Positions 44,314-50,153 of a stretch of DNA of 50,153 nucleotides are shown one piece after another (the first letter of the stretch is position 1; the number at the start of each line of letters is the position of its first letter). Both the position numbers and the translations under genes were made by a program. The notes under the pieces were generated by a model. That model was given only the letters and a program-made list of their open reading frames with translations. It was not told the DNA's origin and did no database searches. The DNA comes from Polyangiales bacterium. GTDB taxonomy: Bacteria; Myxococcota_A; Polyangia; Polyangiales; Houyiibacteriaceae. The stretch is taken from positions 1 through 50,153 of the forward strand of contig JBGCFM010000094.1 in NCBI GenBank assembly GCA_045106895.1, written 5' to 3'.

Positions 44314-45759
44314 TTACTTGGACGGGCGGCGCAGATCGAAGGCCACACATGCGCCGCCTTCGGGGGGGCTCTCAAGACGCAGTTTGCCGCCGTGGGCGCG
44401 AATGATCTTCTGCACGATGGAGAGACCAAGGCCGGTTCCCGCGGCCTTCGTCGTATGGAAAGGCTCAAGAATATCCCCAGGGGGGAAACCCGGACCGTCG
44501 TCGGTGACGCGAACGCGAACGAACGGCTTGCCGCTCGAAGTGGTGCCCGCCTCTGCGCTCAAACAGAGGTTCCCCGCAGTGAGGTTGGCGGCTTGAAACG
44601 CCTCTCGAGAATTCCGGATGAGGTTGAGCAACGCCTGACTGAGTTGGTCTCGGTCCCCTTCCGCAAACAACTCTGGGGGACACTCGGATGTGACGCGAAC
44701 TCCCTGACGCAGGCAGATCGGTGATTCCAGCTCAAGAACATCGGCGAGGAGGCGTGACATGTCGATGGACTGAAGGCCCAACGCTTTGGGTCGCGCTAGG
44801 CCGAGGAAGTCGTCGAGGAGCGACGAGAGGCGCTTGAGTTCCCCACGCACCAGCGCCGCACGCCGCTGAATATCCTCAACGTCGACTCCCTTCGCGCTTC
44901 GGCGAGACAAGAGCTCCAGCTGAAGCTGCGCGGCGTTGAGTGGGTTGCGAATCTCATGAGCGAGACCCGCCGTAAGAACGCCAACGGCGGCGAGGGCTTC
45001 CTGCTCCGCTGCCCGACGACGCAGAGCTTCCTGCTCGGTGATGTCGACGCCTACAGCGACAGCGCTGAGCGACGAGCGGGAAGGAACGGGAGCCATCGTC
45101 CAGCGGACGCGGCGCGAGCCAAACTCACTGACCCATGGCGTACCAGCTTCGAGGAGTTCGGGCGCATCCTGGTCCGAAAAGAACGAACGAAAGGAACGTT
45201 CCGGCTCTTCGTTCCAGGAAAGCAAACTCCGGGCCGTCCCGTTCGCAAAGGCGACGCGTCCCTCTGAGTCGACACCGACGATGGCCGCATCGACCGCCTC
45301 GACGAGGGTACGGTGCAAGGCTTCGGAATCCGAGAGCATCTGCGCCAAGCGTTTTCGTTCGGCACGAAGCGCCACGGCCGCGAGGGCGCGCTCCGCCAGG
45401 TGAAGAAAACTCTCAGACTCGACGGGTTTGAGGAGATAGCCAAACGCACCGAGGCGAATAGCGTCCATGGCATTTTGTAGCGTCGCCTGGCCCGTCACGA
45501 GGATGACCTCAGTTCCCGGATACTGCTGGTGGAGCTCCTGCAAGAGGACGATTCCGCTCTTGTCCGGTAGCCCAACGTCCACGATGGCGAGGGCTGGCCG
45601 GGCCCCCTTTGCGGCAGCTAATGCGTCTGCCGCGGAGGCGGTGATCTCCACCCGAACATCGAGCTCTTCAAGGAGCTCCCCCCAGTTCTCCGCGAGGGGC
45701 CGGTTGTCTTCGACGAGCAGAACTCGCGGTGACGTGCTCTTAGTACCGGGCTTGCTCAC
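44314..45759 (-). CDS. Hybrid receiver-PAS-histidine kinase
   Basis: N-terminal receiver (VEDN, VDVGLPD, LKP); PAS-like AIVGVDSEGRVAFAN; AHEIRNPL, NLIRNS, DDGPG and GTGLGL motifs. Confidence 0.93.
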   Translation of the reverse strand: MSKPGTKSTSPRVLLVEDNRPLAENWGELLEELDVRVEITASAADALAAAKGARPALAIVDVGLPDKSGIVLLQELHQQYPGTEVILVTGQATLQNAMDAIRLGAFGYLLKPVESESFLHLAERALAAVALRAERKRLAQMLSDSEALHRTLVEAVDAAIVGVDSEGRVAFANGTARSLLSWNEEPERSFRSFFSDQDAPELLEAGTPWVSEFGSRRVRWTMAPVPSRSSLSAVAVGVDITEQEALRRRAAEQEALAAVGVLTAGLAHEIRNPLNAAQLQLELLSRRSAKGVDVEDIQRRAALVRGELKRLSSLLDDFLGLARPKALGLQSIDMSRLLADVLELESPICLRQGVRVTSECPPELFAEGDRDQLSQALLNLIRNSREAFQAANLTAGNLCLSAEAGTTSSGKPFVRVRVTDDGPGFPPGDILEPFHTTKAAGTGLGLSIVQKIIRAHGGKLRLESPPEGGACVAFDLRRPSK

Positions 45760-46105
45760 GTTCGGTCTTAGGTGCGAGTAGCTGCAGCAACGAGCAGATT
45801 TCGACGGGCTTCCGAAGAGGCACCGTGACGGCGTCCACGCCGGCGCGAAGCGGCATATCGTCGTACGCGGACATCAGAACCACGCGCGCGCTCGGACAGC
45901 GGTGCTCAACTTCTCTCTTCAGACGCCAGCCGTCGAGCTTGGGCATGGCGATGTCGACGAGGTAAGCATCGAAGCAGCGTTCGTAGCCGGCGACACGCGT
46001 CGAGTCGCTCTCGAAGCTGGCGTCGAAGCCCTCCAAGCAGAGGATTTCTGCCAGGTTTTCAGCGAGGGCGGCGTTGTCATCGACCACCAGGATGCGTTGC
46101 TTCAC
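45740..46105 (-). CDS. Single-domain response regulator (CheY-like)
   Basis: ILVVDDN, VDIAMPKLDG, LMSAY and RKP motifs; GTGA overlap with the upstream kinase. Confidence 0.9.
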   Translation of the reverse strand: MKQRILVVDDNAALAENLAEILCLEGFDASFESDSTRVAGYERCFDAYLVDIAMPKLDGWRLKREVEHRCPSARVVLMSAYDDMPLRAGVDAVTVPLRKPVEICSLLQLLAPKTEREQARY

Positions 46106-47265
46106 AGAGCTTCCTTCCCGAGTGCGGGATTGTCGGTGGGGAGCCGGACGGTGAAACGCGCGCCTCCCTCAGCCAGGTTCTCACCAACGATGCTCCCGCC
46201 GTGTGCTCGAGCGATGCGCCGGCAGAGCGCCAGACCCAAGCCCACCCCTTCTGAGCGGCCGGAAACCAGAGGCTCGAAGAGACGCGCGAGGACGGGCGGG
46301 CTGACCCCGGGCCCGTCATCTTGAACCTCAAGCACCGCGCTCTCCCCGTCTTGCCTCAGTGAGACCTGGATCTTATTGGCACCGGCTTCCGAAGCGTTGT
46401 TGACTAGGTTTGTGATGACTTGGCCGATGAGCAAGTCGTCGTGCGGGGCATCGACCTCCGCGAGAGAGAGCTCAATGGCGGGGTGAGCCGAAGCGATACG
46501 GATCGTCTCGGTCAATGAATGGGCGGCACGCGCGACCGTTTGATTTCGCGCCAAGTCCATGAGCCCATGGACGATCTTTGTACACAGCCGGGTGTGCTCT
46601 TGGATCCGGTTGAGATGTTTCGCCGACGCTTCGTCGCCGTGCCGACGCAGCAGCAAGTGCGCGCTCGTGTCGATGACTGCGAGGGGGTTTCGGAGCTCAT
46701 GGGCCACACTCCCCGCGAGCTGTCCCAGCGTCAGAAGGCGCTCGTTCGTGCGAAGCCGTTCGTCGTGCAGTTCCGAGTAGGTGCTGAGCATCACCGTCAG
46801 TTCGAGGTCCAGAATACGGCCGATGGAACGGCGAGCCGCCACCTGTTCGGTTCCCGCCGGAGCATGCTCTGAAATGACCGCGTCGAGGGCCTCCCGGATA
46901 ACGCCCATCATGGCGATGGCGTACTTTTGACTGAGGCCGATGCGAAGATGAACCCGGCCGATGGCCGCATGTCGGCGCACGTACTCATCGTCGTACCCGC
47001 CTGAGAACACATCGAGGAGCCAGTTTTGAAGGGAGCTCTTCTGGCGAGCCACCTGTTGGTCATCTTCGAAGAGAGACGCCATCTCCTCGTTCGCCAAAAG
47101 AACTCGGTAGAACTCTTCGACGACTCTCGGAAAATGAGGCCTCAGCCAGCTGGACAGTTCGAGGAGCTGCCGCTCATCTGCCGCATCGAAGCCGACGGCT
47201 TTCGCCATCTCGCGGAATACGGTGGCGGTCTCGGTGGGTGGCGCTTCCGACACGGCCGTGAGCAT
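46102..47265 (-). CDS. Globin-coupled sensor histidine kinase (AfGcHK-like)
   Basis: Sensor globin motifs VGF...D, EEFY (B10 Tyr), IGRVH.RIGL (proximal His) and LDLEL; AHELRNPL, NLVNNA, DDGPG and GVGLGL kinase motifs. Confidence 0.93.
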   Translation of the reverse strand: MLTAVSEAPPTETATVFREMAKAVGFDAADERQLLELSSWLRPHFPRVVEEFYRVLLANEEMASLFEDDQQVARQKSSLQNWLLDVFSGGYDDEYVRRHAAIGRVHLRIGLSQKYAIAMMGVIREALDAVISEHAPAGTEQVAARRSIGRILDLELTVMLSTYSELHDERLRTNERLLTLGQLAGSVAHELRNPLAVIDTSAHLLLRRHGDEASAKHLNRIQEHTRLCTKIVHGLMDLARNQTVARAAHSLTETIRIASAHPAIELSLAEVDAPHDDLLIGQVITNLVNNASEAGANKIQVSLRQDGESAVLEVQDDGPGVSPPVLARLFEPLVSGRSEGVGLGLALCRRIARAHGGSIVGENLAEGGARFTVRLPTDNPALGKEAL

Positions 47266-47298
47266 GGCACGGCGCCTTCCATACGCAACAAGCTACGG

Positions 47299-47502
47299 CT
47301 AAGCCTGCTCCGGGAGCGTCAGAAAGGTCTCACGGAGCCACTGAACGAAAGCCCCGTACGTATGTTTTGCGACGCGGCGGTCCGCGGAGAGTTCGCGCAA
47401 GCGTGCTCTCGCATGCTTCGGGAGGCGGTTCCACTCATCGTGGCTTAGCGCGAGACCCACGGAGTCGAGTTTCGCGCGAACATCATCTGGCAGCCTCAAC
47501 AC
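47299..47502 (-). CDS. Small protein resembling the N-terminal core of nitrate-reductase-associated protein (NarM-like)
   Basis: 67 aa; P..VR.KLD..GL.LS..EW..L...AR.RL pattern; GTG start overlaps the ccoG stop (TAGTG). Confidence 0.6.
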   Translation of the reverse strand: MLRLPDDVRAKLDSVGLALSHDEWNRLPKHARARLRELSADRRVAKHTYGAFVQWLRETFLTLPEQA

Positions 47503-48860
47503 TAGCCCGGACCTACAAATGGAGCTTCGAGCACGCGTGTCTCTTCTCCTTGGGTGATTCGAATGCGCACAGTGCCCGTCGTGTCGCGGCGGCCGCGTAC
47601 GATGACGGGAATGTAGCGACTCCCACCACCGTCAAGCTCTGCCTCCTCGGCACCGAGCACTACCTCAAACTCCGTCGTCAATGACTCGAGCTGATAGGTG
47701 TGCTCATCGGAGCCCTTGTTGACCAAGTGAATGCGAAGCGTGTTTCGTATCTCTTCGCCATCGACAACGTAGGGCATCCCTCCGGGAGGACGAAGCAGAG
47801 TCGCTTCAAAAGCGATGCGGTCGCTAAACGCCCAAATACAGCTTGCGAGCCAAAGGCAGCCGAGCGCACCGTAGAAAAAGAGACGCCCCCGTGACTTTGG
47901 TTTGTCGTCGCGTTTTTCAAGCCCACGAAGGGTGTCGTAACGCACCAAGCCACGGTCGCGACCGATCTTGTCCATGACCGCATCGCATGCATCGATGCAC
48001 GCAGCGCATCCCACGCACTCCATCTGAAGGCCCTTCCGAATGTCGATGCCGGTCGGGCAGACGACAACGCAACGGTTGCAATCGACGCAATCGCCGTTGG
48101 TGCTGTCCTTCTTTTTGCCGCGTGGTTCCCCCCGAAGCGCGTCATAGCCGACCACCAACGTGTCTTCATCCGTGAGCGTCGACTGCAAACGACCATAGGG
48201 ACAAATCACGAGACACATCTGTTCGCGGAACCACGCGAAGTTCAGGTAGAGCGCGGCCGTCAACGCCACGATCCACGTAAACGCTGTGGGATGCTCCGCC
48301 GGGGAGCGAGCCATCATCGACAGAAGAGACGGCAGCGAAACAAAGTAGCTCAGGAAGAAGTGGCTGAGCGCGAGGCTCACGATGATGAAGAGCAGGTGCT
48401 TGACGCCTTTGCGCCAAACCTTGTCAAAGGTCAGTCCAGCAGCGTTGCGCTTCATGCGCTGCGCGCGAGGTCCTTCGAGCGCTCGCTCGATAGGCCGGTA
48501 GATGCCTTCTAAGAACACGGTATGAGGACACGCGTACCCGCACCACACCCGCCCATAGAGCGTCGTGAGCACGAAGAGCGAAAGACCCACACCGGTCAGC
48601 AAGAAAAGAATAAGCCAGAAGTCCTGCGCGTTGAATGACGCGCCGAAGAGATAGAAGCGTCGCTGTACGACATCGAGAAAGAGCGCCGGGTGCCCTCCGA
48701 TATCGACAAAGGGCAACGTCAGATAGATGACAATGAGGAGAGCAAAGACGACGCGCTTCAGGTTGGTGAAGCGCCCCTTCACGTCTGCTGGATGTATGAA
48801 GTTGCGACTCCCGTCCTTCCGAAGGGAACCTTCGCCAATGACCGGGAGCTTTCGCTTCAT
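47502..48860 (-). CDS. ccoG: cbb3 oxidase accessory protein CcoG/FixG (cupric reductase, 4Fe-4S)
   Basis: GRVWCGYACP, REQMCLVICPYGRLQ, CVDCNRCVVVCPTGIDIR and CVGCAACIDAC motifs. Confidence 0.97.
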   Translation of the reverse strand: MKRKLPVIGEGSLRKDGSRNFIHPADVKGRFTNLKRVVFALLIVIYLTLPFVDIGGHPALFLDVVQRRFYLFGASFNAQDFWLILFLLTGVGLSLFVLTTLYGRVWCGYACPHTVFLEGIYRPIERALEGPRAQRMKRNAAGLTFDKVWRKGVKHLLFIIVSLALSHFFLSYFVSLPSLLSMMARSPAEHPTAFTWIVALTAALYLNFAWFREQMCLVICPYGRLQSTLTDEDTLVVGYDALRGEPRGKKKDSTNGDCVDCNRCVVVCPTGIDIRKGLQMECVGCAACIDACDAVMDKIGRDRGLVRYDTLRGLEKRDDKPKSRGRLFFYGALGCLWLASCIWAFSDRIAFEATLLRPPGGMPYVVDGEEIRNTLRIHLVNKGSDEHTYQLESLTTEFEVVLGAEEAELDGGGSRYIPVIVRGRRDTTGTVRIRITQGEETRVLEAPFVGPG

Positions 48861-49627
48861 GGCGTGTTTGCCTGACCTTCATCAAGGACGGGCTCTTCCG
48901 CCGGGACCGCGTCACCATCCGCGGTACCCTCTTCGACGGCAGGCACGCCTTCAACGGCACCCTCGACGATATCTTCGGTGCCGTCTTCGACGACGTCCTC
49001 GACGACATCCTCGACGTCCTCAACGACCTCATCCGCGCCATCTGCATCGGACCCTTCGCCCGCATCCCCAGGTACCCAGACCTCACCTTCGGCGGCCTTA
49101 CCCTCTACGTTGGTGTCGCGAATGGAAAGAACGTACGCGGCGACCCGTTGGACGGCGTCACCACCAAGGGATGCCCCCCAGGCGGGCATACCGTTCTGCA
49201 GGCGTCCATCGTAGATGCTTGAGTAGATATCCGTGGCGGCACCGCCATGAATCCAGTTGGGATCCGTCAGATTGGGCCCGATATTGCCTTCACCGTTCGC
49301 CGCATGACAGACCACACAGTTTTGCGTGAAGACCTCTTGTCCCGCGGAAACCGCTCCGGGGTCGTCACGGAGAGCGACGAGGAACTCCTCCGTCATCTCG
49401 CCGTCTCCAACGCGAGCCGCGAGGGCGCTGGCGTACTCTTCCGCCGGAAGCTCCGCCGCGTGGAGTTCGTGGTAGACCACCCAGTAGACCATCGAAAAGG
49501 CGATGGCTCCGTAGAAGGTCATCAGCCACCAAGTGGGCAACTCGTTGTCGGCCTCTTCGATGCCGTCATAGACGTGAATGATCTCGCCTTGAATCTTGTC
49601 GACGCGTCTTGCGCTTTTCTCAACCAT
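48857..49627 (-). CDS. ccoP: cbb3-type cytochrome c oxidase subunit III (monohaem)
   Basis: H.YDGIEEADN.LP.WW, a single CVVCH, GPNLTD..WIHG and GMPAW motifs; acidic tail. Start re-called to ATG 49627 (GAGG upstream). Confidence 0.93.
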   Translation of the reverse strand: MVEKSARRVDKIQGEIIHVYDGIEEADNELPTWWLMTFYGAIAFSMVYWVVYHELHAAELPAEEYASALAARVGDGEMTEEFLVALRDDPGAVSAGQEVFTQNCVVCHAANGEGNIGPNLTDPNWIHGGAATDIYSSIYDGRLQNGMPAWGASLGGDAVQRVAAYVLSIRDTNVEGKAAEGEVWVPGDAGEGSDADGADEVVEDVEDVVEDVVEDGTEDIVEGAVEGVPAVEEGTADGDAVPAEEPVLDEGQANTP

Positions 49628-49832
49628 CGGTGCGTTCCTCGCGTTGGTCGTCGTTCGAAAGTGTTTGCCCATCGGAGAGCGCCAGTTGCGCTCGGTCTTC
49701 GAGGTCGCCTTTTCGCATCGATAGCGTGAGCACCGAGACCATCAAGAACGCCAGAAAGAAGATAGCCAGCGCCGCCACCGGCAACGCCAAGTAGGGACTC
49801 GCTTCGTAGAAGTCTCGTGCCATCGCGCCCAT
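49620..49832 (-). CDS. ccoQ: cbb3 oxidase small subunit CcoQ-like
   Basis: 70 aa, one TM helix and A.LAL.D tail; between ccoO and ccoP with a TGATG overlap. Confidence 0.75.
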   Translation of the reverse strand: MGAMARDFYEASPYLALPVAALAIFFLAFLMVSVLTLSMRKGDLEDRAQLALSDGQTLSNDDQREERTDG

Positions 49833-50153
49833 CAGGGTGCCTCCGTTTCGTTTTCATCCGCTGCGGGTTCATCTGCCGTCGCCTCGGCCGCGGGCGCCTC
49901 GCCTGGCTGTCCAAGTCGCTGGAGGTATGCGATGAGCGCAACCAACTCACTCTCCGGCTGAAGGCCGCAATCCGTCTGCCCCTCCGAGCACACTTCGATT
50001 CCGCCCTCCTCAGCCATCGCCGTCGCCATGGCGTGGGCTTGCTCCCGGGCGTCCGCTGCCGAGGTTGCGATGCCTTCCGGCGTGTAGGGAACACCCACGA
50101 TGCGCATCGCTCTCATCTTGCTCTCCGTCGAGTCGAAGTCGACGATGGCGCTC
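49832..50153 (-). CDS. ccoO: cbb3 oxidase subunit II, C-terminal part (possibly a CcoNO fusion; starts outside the window)
   Basis: K..AM...GVPY and E.VALIAYLQRLG motifs; frame open to the window edge. Confidence 0.92.
   Translation of the reverse strand, partial: SAIVDFDSTESKMRAMRIVGVPYTPEGIATSAADAREQAHAMATAMAEEGGIEVCSEGQTDCGLQPESELVALIAYLQRLGQPGEAPAAEATADEPAADENETEAP

Noticed and set aside
47264..47280. TGGCACGGCGCCTTCC as a sigma54 promoter
   Set aside because: Good -24 element, but it lacks the -12 GC and points antisense to the local genes.
1..50153. Mobile elements, prophage, defence systems, tRNA or rRNA genes
   Set aside because: No transposase, integrase, phage or defence motifs and no structured RNA gene were recognised; a covariance-model scan would be needed to exclude small ncRNAs.

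Overview
High-GC (about 65% by eye), densely coding chromosomal segment, most likely from a myxobacterium (Myxococcota, Polyangia/Sandaracinaceae-like). That call is inferred from the orphan MglA/SofG-type GTPase, the Ser/Thr kinase-sigma54 activator fusion, the split ATP synthase operon and the Cys-type CcmE. Left to right the window holds: partial bioA and an outer-membrane beta-barrel gene attached to a dcw cluster that stops at murG (mraZ-rsmH-ftsL-ftsI-murE-murF-mraY-murD-ftsW-murG, minus strand); an MglA-like GTPase / PocR-histidine kinase / thiL unit; a 1453-aa kinase-ATPase-TPR-GAF-sigma54 activator; a lipoprotein hydrolase; pyrR-pyrB-namZ; a lone CxxxY-type ccmE downstream of a complete moxR-DUF58-batABCDE operon; hemL; an Fo-only atpZ-atpI-atpB-atpE operon with a terminator; miaE, lepB and a radical SAM gene; a His-rich ZIP-like transporter; and an NtrC-type regulator. 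That regulator converges on a chain of globin-coupled kinase, single-domain receiver and hybrid kinase genes lying directly after the cbb3 oxidase genes (ccoO-Q-P-G). No rRNA, tRNA, CRISPR or mobile element was recognised. The best candidate for an undescribed system is this cbb3-linked, haem-globin O2-sensing multikinase network with a small NarM-like gene. Other notable points are the MraZ boxes with an inverted second array, repeated signs of leaderless transcripts, and the Bat operon sitting between ccmE and hemL. All family assignments come from motif recognition by eye, not from database searches.
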